Positions 37,882 through 46,793 of a stretch of 64,000 bases of DNA are shown piece after piece; the stretch's first letter is position 1, and the number at the start of each line of letters is the position of its first letter. Origin of the DNA: a virus. The position numbers were made by a program, and so were the translations under genes. The notes under the pieces are model-generated. The model had not been told where the DNA came from. It was given only the letters and a program-made list of their open reading frames with translations, and searched no databases. The stretch is taken from the IMG/VR virus record IMGVR_UViG_3300027747_001183. One strand, 5' to 3'.

Positions 37882-38067
37882 ATGACTGATTTGGAACAGA
37901 CCCTCGAGTCTATCGAGTTTATCCAGCACAAGCTGGAACGAGACGTCGAGTGGATCCTGACGGAAAGCCTTCCCTACGAGGATGTCCGTCGCAAGGTAGT
38001 GGCAGCGCAGGTGGCCCTGAACGACCTGTATATCTACATCATGGACCAACAAAAGGAGAATGTCTAA
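37882..38067 (+). CDS. Small early hypothetical protein
   Basis: GGAG RBS; first gene of the rightward early unit. Confidence 0.7.
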   Translation: MTDLEQTLESIEFIQHKLERDVEWILTESLPYEDVRRKVVAAQVALNDLYIYIMDQQKENV

Positions 38068-38525
38068 TGATTACTTTCGCTAACTTTGCCGAAGCCACCA
38101 AGGACCTCGGTACCGCAGTAGAGCAGTCGAAGTCGGTGTACTTCATCAAGGCTGGCAAAGCTGGCCACGTGGAGTTCCACTCTAAGGATAACTACTTTGT
38201 GGCTGGTGCACGTGCTGGTAAGAACACAGCATCGGTAACTCAGGCCGCTAAAGAAGCCGGCTTCAAGGTCCTCCGCGAGCGGAAGGGCTGGACGGTGTTC
38301 GAGGGTGGATCTCTCGACGAGTACCGCAAGTTCTTCGGTGCGGTATCCTCGGCTTCGGTCTCCACTAAGACCGTCAAGATGTCCGACGTCGTCAAGCGCG
38401 TCGGTAAGGCTTTCGCCGAGAAGAAGACTGCCAAGGCAGCAGTCGACTCTGGTCTGATCAAGGCTAAGAACCTCGACACGATCAAGTCAGTAGCTGCTAA
38501 GCGCGCTGCCGCTCTGGTAGCTTAA
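38067..38525 (+). CDS. Basic Ala/Lys-rich early protein
   Basis: AAGGAG RBS and TAATG overlap; ends KRAAALVA. Confidence 0.75.
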   Translation: MITFANFAEATKDLGTAVEQSKSVYFIKAGKAGHVEFHSKDNYFVAGARAGKNTASVTQAAKEAGFKVLRERKGWTVFEGGSLDEYRKFFGAVSSASVSTKTVKMSDVVKRVGKAFAEKKTAKAAVDSGLIKAKNLDTIKSVAAKRAAALVA

Positions 38526-38670
38526 ATCCCCGAGAGGCTCGGGTCGCTGGTGGTCGAGTTCTGTGACTTAAAGAGTCTGGATCTCGACCATTACATCGAG
38601 GGTCTTACGTCGAGTGGACCGCTTGAGCCTTTCATAGTGGACAAGCTAGTCAAGTACCACCAAGAGTGGA

Positions 38671-39606
38671 TCAGGTAAGTAAGTTCCTCAGCAGGAACTC
38701 CCACTTAGTTGAGACGTTGCTGTCCCAGTTATAGGTGATATCAGTCCAAGTCTTCTGGAGTGCTAGGCGAGAGTCTGGCACTCCGTTCTTTGTTATGTGC
38801 TCGACTGTACCGTCCAGTACGCTGAAGAAGCGACTAGCATGATCGTTGTTGTCTTCTGACCACTGGTACATATTGGCAAAGTTACCGGTCGTCTCTGGCA
38901 GCGCAGCGTAGTTCGGGCAGACTACTATGTTCATGGCCGACATCGCCTCGATGGCTGCTAGGCAGCTGGTCTCAGGCCAAATGCTTGGATAAGCAAAGAC
39001 GTGGCTTCTCTTGAGCTCTTCTCTAATTCGCTCATTAGAGACGGCTCCATGGTAGTTAATCTTTGGGTGATTTCTGCAGCGTTCAAAAAGGTGTTCATAG
39101 GGAGCATCACGCTGGCTCCAGCCGTATATGCTAAAGCTCGAGAATACGTCCAGTACGACGTTGTCATGCCTTTCAGCAAGAGCCTCAAAAACTGGGACGA
39201 GGACTTCGAGTCCTCTGTGAGGCGTGGTGTGGTAGATGAAGCGGACTGTTCCATCGAACTCTTTCTTCTCAATGTCAATAGGAGTTATGGCATTCTTGAT
39301 GACGATCGACTCTTGGTAAGGTAGGCCGACGATTAGGTTGTACATCTGCATCTGCCAGTCAGACACGGCTACGATCTTCTTGAATCGCTTGCGAAGCTCT
39401 GGCTCTCTGAGGTGCTGGGACTCTGGGTCGTTTGGGAGGTCGTGAAGCCAGAGGATTGGAATTCGGTCGGGATCGATGTCCCTTACGCGACTCGGTATGA
39501 TCTGGAACTTATCCAGAAGGTCTGCAGGCAGCGTACCGTGGAGACGCTCGAGCATAAGCTCAGTGCCACCCCTTGAGTTCTTACTCAGCTCATTCACTTC
39601 AACCAT
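38671..39606 (-). CDS. Glycosyltransferase, GT-B fold (GT4-like)
   Basis: GGTE; LWLHD; VSDWQ; STP/HRGL-like motif; YPSIWPETSCLAAIEAM. Confidence 0.9.
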   Translation of the reverse strand: MVEVNELSKNSRGGTELMLERLHGTLPADLLDKFQIIPSRVRDIDPDRIPILWLHDLPNDPESQHLREPELRKRFKKIVAVSDWQMQMYNLIVGLPYQESIVIKNAITPIDIEKKEFDGTVRFIYHTTPHRGLEVLVPVFEALAERHDNVVLDVFSSFSIYGWSQRDAPYEHLFERCRNHPKINYHGAVSNERIREELKRSHVFAYPSIWPETSCLAAIEAMSAMNIVVCPNYAALPETTGNFANMYQWSEDNNDHASRFFSVLDGTVEHITKNGVPDSRLALQKTWTDITYNWDSNVSTKWEFLLRNLLT

Positions 39607-39622
39607 AATAAAAAATCCTATT

Positions 39623-39958
39623 TCACTTCTTTGATTCTAAAAATCCAGGTAGCTTTATATTTACCTTCTCGTCTTGTACTCTCATGAGGAACCTAGCCGC
39701 TAGTGATAGGATACTCCATGAGCAGAAACCAAGCACTACTGAAGCAGCCATTTGGTTATCAGCAGTGCTTGTTATCTGAAAGTATTCGATGACGATTGGA
39801 GAGAAGACGATGGCCGCTGTAACGCTTAGACCAGATCTTATAGAAGCATCCCAGACGTTGCAGGGTCTATAAAAAGCCATGAAGGCAGCTCCACCGATTA
39901 GACCACCAAGTCCTGATAAAAGCTTTGCCATAAGTGGCGTAGTTAAAGGGTCAGACAT
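39623..39958 (-). CDS. Membrane protein, possible holin
   Basis: Three hydrophobic segments and a basic C-terminus. Confidence 0.5.
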   Translation of the reverse strand: MSDPLTTPLMAKLLSGLGGLIGGAAFMAFYRPCNVWDASIRSGLSVTAAIVFSPIVIEYFQITSTADNQMAASVVLGFCSWSILSLAARFLMRVQDEKVNIKLPGFLESKK

Positions 39959-40066
39959 TGCACTCTCTTTTTTTGTTATTATTCTTATATATCAAAAAAA
40001 GTTACTCAGGCTTGTCAATATATTGACATTACTCTATGTGCCGAGTGTCAATTCCATTACAGTTAT

Positions 40067-40324
40067 TTATTGGATCTCAATTATCGAGTCCAGTCTGAAT
40101 GATCTCCAGCCCTCAGCCTCTACGTCCCACGCAGCTACTACTGAATCGTTCTCTCTGCGTTCCTTGACTGTATTGTTTGTCTCAGCCACAGTCTTAGTAG
40201 TCTGAGGTATCATCGACTGCATCAGCGTGCACTTCATTACTCGCTCAGAGCCGTCTGCTTTCTTGAACTTAACCGTCACGATCCTCTCGGAAAGCATATC
40301 GGTGATCTCAGCCTTAGATGTCAT
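40067..40324 (-). CDS. SH3/WYL-like beta-barrel protein
   Basis: V.F.KADGSER.M.CTL; WDVEAEGWRSFR. Confidence 0.8.
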   Translation of the reverse strand: MTSKAEITDMLSERIVTVKFKKADGSERVMKCTLMQSMIPQTTKTVAETNNTVKERRENDSVVAAWDVEAEGWRSFRLDSIIEIQ

Positions 40325-40562
40325 GCGCGTATCCTCCAGAAGTCTCTTCAACGTATTCTAACAACTCACCATATCCACCGACTTTCATGCCGTGTGCCAC
40401 CACGAGCGGTACCGTCTTCTGGTCTGGAAACTGCTCTAGAAACTCGTCCTTAGTAATGTCGATACCTAGCTGGATGTAGTTGTATGGGATCTTCCTGTAG
40501 TCTAGAAGCTGCTGAGCCTTTGTGCAGTACTCGCAGCCAGACCTACCGTATACGTCAATCAT
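40314..40562 (-). CDS. nrdC: Glutaredoxin
   Basis: CEYC; TVP; GGY. Confidence 0.9.
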   Translation of the reverse strand: MIDVYGRSGCEYCTKAQQLLDYRKIPYNYIQLGIDITKDEFLEQFPDQKTVPLVVAHGMKVGGYGELLEYVEETSGGYAHDI

Positions 40563-40839
40563 TTACTGTCGTCCTGTTCTTGCGATCATCTTGACGCTTC
40601 CATGGACCAAACGCACCAGAGTGGTTGCCTTCTACCTTAATAAAGCGCCTGTTAGTCTCATTCTTGTTTGGGTTTGGAATGGTTACCACCGTGCGCTTTC
40701 CGCGAGACCAGAACTTTAGCTGGTCCATTATCTTGTCGACTGCCGTACGGTCTTGACGTACTGACTTGAGAGTCTCTTTGCTGACACTCGGGTACTTACC
40801 CTTAGATACGTACTTAGCGCGCTTTGATTTACCTGCCAT
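40555..40839 (-). CDS. Basic hypothetical protein
   Basis: YVSKG; TIPNPNKNETNRRFIKV. Confidence 0.7.
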   Translation of the reverse strand: MAGKSKRAKYVSKGKYPSVSKETLKSVRQDRTAVDKIMDQLKFWSRGKRTVVTIPNPNKNETNRRFIKVEGNHSGAFGPWKRQDDRKNRTTVND

Positions 40840-40842
40840 GAT

Positions 40843-41052
40843 CTAGTCCTCTGTTACATTATTAATGTTTGTCTGCCAGACGCCTACGCACTGTATACAC
40901 TTCATGTATATGGTGCTCTTGTCTGGGTGAACGGGGTTGTTTACGTAGTCTATTAAGACTAGACCTCTATTGCCGTTCTTACACCTTGGACACTCCCCGA
41001 CGATAACTGGAACGCTACCGTCGAGGTATACCCTTATATCGCCTTCACTCAT
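40843..41052 (-). CDS. Small zinc-ribbon protein
   Basis: CPRC...CIQC. Confidence 0.65.
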   Translation of the reverse strand: MSEGDIRVYLDGSVPVIVGECPRCKNGNRGLVLIDYVNNPVHPDKSTIYMKCIQCVGVWQTNINNVTED

Positions 41053-41375
41053 TTTTTCTTTCGATTAACGATCTTGGTGGCGAGCTTCTTTGTAGCTTCT
41101 TTCTTATCCTTAACAGCCTTCACTGCCATGGTCTCGACAGTATTGACCATGTCAGCAGTATCTTGATACGCCTTGCGAGCGCGCTTCTTTACTGCCGTTA
41201 CGTCTTTATCGATCTCAGCCTCGATCTTCTGACCGAGAGCCTCGATGTTCTCTAGAGACTGCTTGATAGCAGCGTCTGCTGCAGACGCTACTTTCTTCTC
41301 TGCTTCTTTCAAATCGGCGATCTCCTTAGCAGATGCGATGCCGATCCAGTCTTTAATTGCTTTCCACAATGACAT
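41049..41375 (-). CDS. Ala/Lys-rich helical hypothetical protein
   Basis: Operon-coupled ORF. Confidence 0.65.
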   Translation of the reverse strand: MSLWKAIKDWIGIASAKEIADLKEAEKKVASAADAAIKQSLENIEALGQKIEAEIDKDVTAVKKRARKAYQDTADMVNTVETMAVKAVKDKKEATKKLATKIVNRKKK

Positions 41376-41916
41376 TGTTTAACTCCTGTGTGTATCCATA
41401 CTTAGCTATATAATATGCGTCGATTACGTCAGACGATGGGTTCCACTGCTTCTCAGTCATATCCAGCATCTTCTTTACGTCTACTCCAGTCTCTTCTATG
41501 AAGCACTCCTGAAGTCTTTCTTTGTTCGCGTTTCCTTTGCCGGTAGCGAACTTCTTGATTACCGTGGGGGCGACTACGTGGTACTCGTTGCCCTTCATGA
41601 AGAGGTAGTGCTTCAGCAGGCCTGCATTCTCGGCAATGTTGAAGACCATGCCCGTAGAACCCATGGAGTACCCTTCCATGTAGACAACATCGCCTTCCTG
41701 TACCTTGAATAGCGCCCAGTTGGCGATGTTGTAGTACCTCTGCTCGTTCGACGTATAGTCTAAGTGGAGGTCGCCGTACATATTAGATATATCTATATCA
41801 TACTTCTTATTATTTGTCAAATAATAAAATTTGCACAGATCATACCTAAACTCTTCACCATCAAAGACACAGACGCACGGTGAACTCAGACTATAGTCGA
41901 CTCCAATGATCCTCAT
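41353..41916 (-). CDS. RuvC-like nuclease / resolvase
   Basis: IIGVDYS; MEGY; KKFATGKGNA.K; DVIDAY. Confidence 0.8.
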   Translation of the reverse strand: MRIIGVDYSLSSPCVCVFDGEEFRYDLCKFYYLTNNKKYDIDISNMYGDLHLDYTSNEQRYYNIANWALFKVQEGDVVYMEGYSMGSTGMVFNIAENAGLLKHYLFMKGNEYHVVAPTVIKKFATGKGNANKERLQECFIEETGVDVKKMLDMTEKQWNPSSDVIDAYYIAKYGYTQELNNVIVESN

Positions 41917-42173
41917 TCGGAGTCTGTAGAATTCCAGTCAGCAGAAGAGTCTTCGTCGTCATCGTCGTAGTCTTCATCTTCTTCGAACTCTTCTTCTTCC
42001 TCGTCCGAGTGCATGTCTTCTACGAGCGCGTCGAGAACAGGGTCTACACCCTCTTCGATCTCGCCGATGTCCCACTGGTCCATGTCTTCTAGAATGCGAG
42101 TGTAGATCTCAGTCCTTACAGAGTCGTCCTTGACGAGATCTGCGAGTACTTCTGCAATGTGATTGATATCCAT
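41913..42173 (-). CDS. Highly acidic small protein
   Basis: D/E-rich C-terminus; AGGAG RBS. Confidence 0.7.
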   Translation of the reverse strand: MDINHIAEVLADLVKDDSVRTEIYTRILEDMDQWDIGEIEEGVDPVLDALVEDMHSDEEEEEFEEDEDYDDDDEDSSADWNSTDSE

Positions 42174-42186
42174 GATCGTCTCCTGA

Positions 42187-42984
42187 TTAAAAAAAACTAC
42201 TGGCTATACCTAAAAGATCATCACTTGCAACATTGTCCAATCTATGGTCGAGATTAAATTCTCTCAATATTTCTAAGTTGGATTCCGAATTCTGCTTGAT
42301 TATAGGATATAGAGTCTCATTAAAAAAAAGATTGCTTCCAGTCAAGAGGTCATAGCAATCTATCATTATATATCTATCGCTGTAGCTCTCGTTTATGTTC
42401 CAGTTAAAGTCCCAAAAGTCAATCAACCCACGCTTGAGTCTCTCTCTATTGTTATCTAGACTCTTCTTATAGAAGTAAAGGAACTTAAATATCCATCGCT
42501 TCTCAGGTGGGCAGAATACGCTGTATATAGTAGAGTCCGGAAAGTATTCCTCTATCTTTATTTTATGAAAGTTATGGATTCTAGTTATAAAGTCATATTC
42601 CGGTTCTGAAGATTCTAGATATACGTTTTCATATCCACCTTTAAAGTATAAGTCATCTGCTCTTTCTTGCGGGTAGACGTTTCTCAACTTAGTCATATGG
42701 CTAAAGATATTTCTAGTATCTTCAACTCTACCCTGCATCATACACTCATACGCGCAAGTTCCAAACAGTCTATTCTGTATCTTTACAGACTCTGCTACCC
42801 TGTAAGTATCATACAGTAGAGAGTCTAGAGAACCATCGTATGGCATAAAGTTGTAGCTGTTGAGTTCTTTTTTTCTATGCTGTAAGACTGGCTCATAGAA
42901 AGTAGAGTGCAGCATAAGAGAGATAAACTCACCCATGCTGCCTCTATCATACTGTACTATCTTTAGGTCTTTATAGGTCGACAA
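42187..42984 (-). CDS. Low-GC hypothetical protein (possible paralog of 55493-56221)
   Basis: Probable TTG start overlapping the nrdJ end; IVQYDRGSMGEFI motif. Confidence 0.6.
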   Translation of the reverse strand: MSTYKDLKIVQYDRGSMGEFISLMLHSTFYEPVLQHRKKELNSYNFMPYDGSLDSLLYDTYRVAESVKIQNRLFGTCAYECMMQGRVEDTRNIFSHMTKLRNVYPQERADDLYFKGGYENVYLESSEPEYDFITRIHNFHKIKIEEYFPDSTIYSVFCPPEKRWIFKFLYFYKKSLDNNRERLKRGLIDFWDFNWNINESYSDRYIMIDCYDLLTGSNLFFNETLYPIIKQNSESNLEILREFNLDHRLDNVASDDLLGIASSFF

Positions 42985-44896
42985 TCTCACACCCGTCAGC
43001 AGCGCAGGCAAGCGTCTGGGATCCCTTAGTATTGTCTTCCTGCTCATACTCTGCTAGCTTAGACCAGTCAATCTCTTTAGGCATTAGAGACGCGAGCATT
43101 TCATAGTCATTCTTTCCACAGTCTTGGTACGGTGCCTGACGGTACACGTGGTCGAAGTGCGGAAGGAACGAGATTCCAGAGATCTCATCGAAGTTGTTGT
43201 AGACAAAAGCTCCGACATCCATCCACTCATTCTCCTTGACCGAGATGGTAACCGATGGCTTGTGCTCACACCAGTTCTGCTGGTAGATCATCCACATCTT
43301 TAGCTGCTCGATCGCAGACATCTCGTTTCTTGTAATTGCACCGTCCGGTGACTTTACTGGGAAAGAGAATACAGTAGTGGCGTCCGGCTTCATCACGTCC
43401 GGCTCATTAGGGAATCCCATGTCCTTCATGAGCTTAGTGAGTGGGTCCTTGTTGTCTCCACGTACCGTGCGGATGTAGTATGGGTTGTGGCGAGCATGGA
43501 TGCCGGAAGCAGTATCAGTGAGCTGAGACACGGTACCAGACGGCTTGACGCAGGTCACTGCAGCCGACTGCGGAATGCCGATCTTCTCAGCGTATTCTTT
43601 ATTGGCAGAGACTGCTACTTCGCGCAGTGTGTTGAGCGCCTCGACGAGCTTGTCCTCGCCGTCTTTTCCATTTGTTAAGGTGTTGTCCATAATGCCAGTC
43701 ATAGACACGCCAAGTAGTCTCTCTTCTTCAGTGTTTACCGTCCATGACTTGCGGAGATAAGGGAAGCGAGTCAGCGTTGACTGAAGCGTCCCGAGACGAG
43801 CTGCTAGTCTTACTTTACGAGTTAAGTCACCCAGACTGTCTGTACCGCGCACGACTACCTCAGTCAGGTTGCAGAACTGATTAGGGCGAAGGATGATCTC
43901 AGAGCATGGGTTCGTGCCAAACTCAAAGTCTGGATTACGACGACCGTACTTCTTTGCCTGCTTCTGAGAAGCAACGCGAGAGAAGATACCGCGCTCACCT
44001 GACTTGGAGTCGTAGAGTGACAGCCACTCTCTCATGAACGTGCCCATCTCTGGCTTCTCGGTGTATGCTGCCGAGTTGTTCGAGAGCGCGCGCTGTGGGT
44101 TGGTCTCCCACCATGAGCCGTTCTTCGCACCGCGCATGCGCTCGTCAGTGAGATTAGATAGCGAGATCATAGCTGAACGACGAACGCCGCCTACTACGAC
44201 TACCTCTCCGATCTTGCACATGATGTCGTGACACTCGAGTGAGTTGAGCTTGCGACCTGCCGCAGACTTGAACATCTTGACCGTGAACTTGAATAGGTCG
44301 TCGAGTGGGCCCGGGCCAGAAGAGCGGCCGCCGAAGGTCTTGAGGCGAGCACCGGCTGGACGAAGAAGCGAGAGGTCCCACTTTGGAATCTCACCCGAGT
44401 AGAGGAGCGCGATGAGCTGGCGGAATCCCTTTGCCCAGCCTTCCTTTGAGTCCTTGACTGTGATAGTCATCTCGTTGTCGAAAAGCTTCTCTGGTACTTC
44501 TGGAAGCTTATTGACGTACTGACGCTCTACCGAGAAGCCGACGCCGGTTCCGTTCATGAGGATGAGCAGCGTCTCATCGAACGCCTTTGCATCGTCTACT
44601 ACCACGTACGAGCAGTTGTAGGCGCAGGTATTGTCGCGCTCGAGTGCAGGACCCGCAGTCATGAGTGCACGCATGGAAGGCATGACTTCTAGTGCTAGTA
44701 CTGCGTCTTCTAGTTCCTTACGCTCTTCTTTAGAAAGGGTGTAGTCGTTGTTCTTCTGAAGAGAATTCTGCATGAAGTCAAAGTAACGGGCGACAGTCTC
44801 GTTCCAGTTCTCGCGGCGACCCTCCTTGTCGAGGAACTTAGCGTAGCGGCTCTTGTAGATGAATTCTTGGTATAGCGTTGGTAGGAAGTTGCTCAT
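42971..44896 (-). CDS. nrdJ: Class II (B12-dependent) ribonucleotide reductase
   Basis: MPSMRALMTAG; YNCSY; GVGFS; GGVRRSA; GTNPCSEI; TCVKPSGT; C-terminal ACAADGCE; start MSNFLPT. Confidence 0.95.
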   Translation of the reverse strand: MSNFLPTLYQEFIYKSRYAKFLDKEGRRENWNETVARYFDFMQNSLQKNNDYTLSKEERKELEDAVLALEVMPSMRALMTAGPALERDNTCAYNCSYVVVDDAKAFDETLLILMNGTGVGFSVERQYVNKLPEVPEKLFDNEMTITVKDSKEGWAKGFRQLIALLYSGEIPKWDLSLLRPAGARLKTFGGRSSGPGPLDDLFKFTVKMFKSAAGRKLNSLECHDIMCKIGEVVVVGGVRRSAMISLSNLTDERMRGAKNGSWWETNPQRALSNNSAAYTEKPEMGTFMREWLSLYDSKSGERGIFSRVASQKQAKKYGRRNPDFEFGTNPCSEIILRPNQFCNLTEVVVRGTDSLGDLTRKVRLAARLGTLQSTLTRFPYLRKSWTVNTEEERLLGVSMTGIMDNTLTNGKDGEDKLVEALNTLREVAVSANKEYAEKIGIPQSAAVTCVKPSGTVSQLTDTASGIHARHNPYYIRTVRGDNKDPLTKLMKDMGFPNEPDVMKPDATTVFSFPVKSPDGAITRNEMSAIEQLKMWMIYQQNWCEHKPSVTISVKENEWMDVGAFVYNNFDEISGISFLPHFDHVYRQAPYQDCGKNDYEMLASLMPKEIDWSKLAEYEQEDNTKGSQTLACAADGCEIVDL

Positions 44897-45051
44897 TTCT
44901 CTTCTTCTTTCTTCTTTAAGATTATTGTCTTGCCCTGTACAATCCACTCGAGATCGGTGTACACTGTCCACCCAAGCTCATCTATAATGTTCTCTGGTAA
45001 CTCAATATAGAACTCACCGTCAATGTCCTGCTTTACTTCTAGTATGTTCAT
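44893..45051 (-). CDS. AbrB/MazE/SpoVT-like small DNA-binding protein
   Basis: Not in the ORF track. MNILEVKQDIDGEFYIELPENIIDELGWTVYTDLEWIVQGKTIILKK; ATGA overlaps on both sides. Confidence 0.75.
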   Translation of the reverse strand: MNILEVKQDIDGEFYIELPENIIDELGWTVYTDLEWIVQGKTIILKKKEEEK

Positions 45052-46121
45052 GCCTTACTCCATGTAGCGAGTCTCATCTTTGCAGAGAGGCCACTGAACG
45101 TATTTTGATCAATAATAGCTTGGACAACTGGTCCAGAAGAACCAGCCATCACCATGCCGTTAATGTCTTTCTCTTCTACGTGGTCTGGCCAGATGCAGAC
45201 GCTGTAGCCTCTATCAATGCATCGGGTGATCCGCTTGATGATCTCTTTGTTTCTCGGCTCGTTGTCGTATACCACGACGACGTTGCTTGGGTCTCCAAGG
45301 ACAGAAAAGTCCACGTCCGCTCCGGCCATCGCCGCGCAGTTTTCTAGGAATAGACTGTCTATTGGTCCCTCGACGATGTAGGTTCTCTTCTTCTTGTCGA
45401 CTGTGTCGAGCCCGAAGATCTTGTCCTTTGAGTCGTCGAGTATGATAGTAGCATATCGCACTTTAGAAGCTGGGCTGATGGAGCGCCCGGTAAAGCCAAA
45501 CACGTAGCCGTTGCTGTCGATGAATGGGAGTACGATTCTCGGTTCATCGTTCTTAAGCGCGTTCTCACTGAACTTGTTGGGTACCATGGAGTTAACCCAT
45601 GTGTAATATATATCGGAATAGTAGATTCGCCAGTGAGCGTTAGATGGTATCTTTCGAGATACCACGTATCTCTTTGCTGGATGGTTCTCCTTCAGCTGAG
45701 AGATCTTCGGCATGTCCTTGAACGGTTCGAACTTATCTATGCGTCGCTGAGAGAACTTAGAGATATCGGCTACGAAGGGCTGGGGAGCTTCCTGTCCGAG
45801 CTCTCGCATGACTTCTAGTCGATATTCAGTATATAGGGAGGGATTGTAGGTCTTGAGGAACTTCGAGAGTGAAGCCCCTGCTCCGCAGTTGAAGCACTTG
45901 AAGTTGATGTGACCGTTCTTCTCGTAGAAGTGACCTCTGGTCTTCAACTTGTTGTGGGCTGAGTCGCCACACACGTTACACCTGAACTTAGCATTGTACG
46001 GTGTAGACTTTACTACCTTGAACTGCTCCAGTTGGTTACCCATGATAGAAGCAAACTTTTGGTCAAGCCATAGAGTATTCATTAACATTACCCTTTTTAA
46101 GTTGGTAATACCATTATACAC
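45048..46121 (-). CDS. gp61: DNA primase gp61
   Basis: FRCNVCGDS..CFNC zinc ribbon; EGPIDSLFL; YDNEPRN; KDIN; true start probably MLMNTLW. Confidence 0.95.
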   Translation of the reverse strand: MYNGITNLKRVMLMNTLWLDQKFASIMGNQLEQFKVVKSTPYNAKFRCNVCGDSAHNKLKTRGHFYEKNGHINFKCFNCGAGASLSKFLKTYNPSLYTEYRLEVMRELGQEAPQPFVADISKFSQRRIDKFEPFKDMPKISQLKENHPAKRYVVSRKIPSNAHWRIYYSDIYYTWVNSMVPNKFSENALKNDEPRIVLPFIDSNGYVFGFTGRSISPASKVRYATIILDDSKDKIFGLDTVDKKKRTYIVEGPIDSLFLENCAAMAGADVDFSVLGDPSNVVVVYDNEPRNKEIIKRITRCIDRGYSVCIWPDHVEEKDINGMVMAGSSGPVVQAIIDQNTFSGLSAKMRLATWSKA

Positions 46122-46143
46122 ATTCTGGCAGAGATGTACACAG
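46114..46143 (-). promoter_or_regulatory. Promoter upstream of primase
   Basis: TGTGTACA..TGTGTATAAT; same GTGTAC -35 variant as the early modules. Confidence 0.55.
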
Positions 46144-46416
46144 TTATTTTGCTGCTACGGTCTTTTCTGCGTCATCATAGAATTTTTTTATTGAATCAAC
46201 GGAACTCTTGCAGGTAAGGTTGTTTCTCTGCAGCTTTAATATGAGTGTGCCGACTTCTTGGTCAGTCAGAGTCTCGTAGTTCGGGAATCTCTTGATTACT
46301 GGGCAGTCGTACATCTCGGCTGGAGCTTTTACTACCTTGTATTCAGCAGAGATTAAGTGAAGGGGTGTCTGGCAGCCGGCCAGAAGCAGACATGATAGTA
46401 TAAGTAGCTTCTTCAT
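46144..46416 (-). CDS. o-spanin (Rz1-like lipoprotein)
   Basis: Lipobox LLLAGC; follows the i-spanin. Confidence 0.8.
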   Translation of the reverse strand: MKKLLILSCLLLAGCQTPLHLISAEYKVVKAPAEMYDCPVIKRFPNYETLTDQEVGTLILKLQRNNLTCKSSVDSIKKFYDDAEKTVAAK

Positions 46417-46793
46417 TTCTTTTCACCGTATGCTTGATTCAGCTGCTTGACGATACTCTTTAGATAATCAGAAGACGGCGCTGAAGCCCTTCCCTCTGCT
46501 CCGTGCATTATGTCTACCAGAGTCTCGTGTGTGTCTTTCTTCGAGTCTGCTATTACTGCTCGAATCCTAGCAGCGCTGTCTTCTATCTCAGCAGACTTCT
46601 TTTCAAACTCTTGTTTCTGCTGCTGTACTATGGCGTCCTGCTTTGCATTGAACTCTTCTGTAGCCTTGTTCCAGACTTCATGGTCGTGTATCGCAAGCCA
46701 GCTAAAGAACGCTATTCCTGCAGCCACTACTCCGCCGATGAGCCATGGGATAGAAGAACCGCCCGTGAAGAGTGCGAGTACGAATCTTATCAT
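46413..46793 (-). CDS. i-spanin (Rz-like)
   Basis: N-terminal TM segment followed by coiled coil. Confidence 0.75.
   Translation of the reverse strand: MIRFVLALFTGGSSIPWLIGGVVAAGIAFFSWLAIHDHEVWNKATEEFNAKQDAIVQQQKQEFEKKSAEIEDSAARIRAVIADSKKDTHETLVDIMHGAEGRASAPSSDYLKSIVKQLNQAYGEKK

Noticed and set aside
37646-37882. ORFs across the early-promoter modules (37646-37882 and 61395-61637)
   Set aside because: They are translations of AT-rich regulatory repeats; their mutual similarity reflects the DNA repeat
39623-39958. Complete lysis cassette
   Set aside because: The holin call is tentative, it lies 6 kb from the spanins, and no free endolysin is seen in the window
42971-44971. Intron or intein in nrdJ, or in other core genes
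   Set aside because: Reading frames are continuous and of ordinary length, with no splice or intein motifs seen. The extra N-terminal 25 aa in the ORF track overlaps the AbrB-like gene
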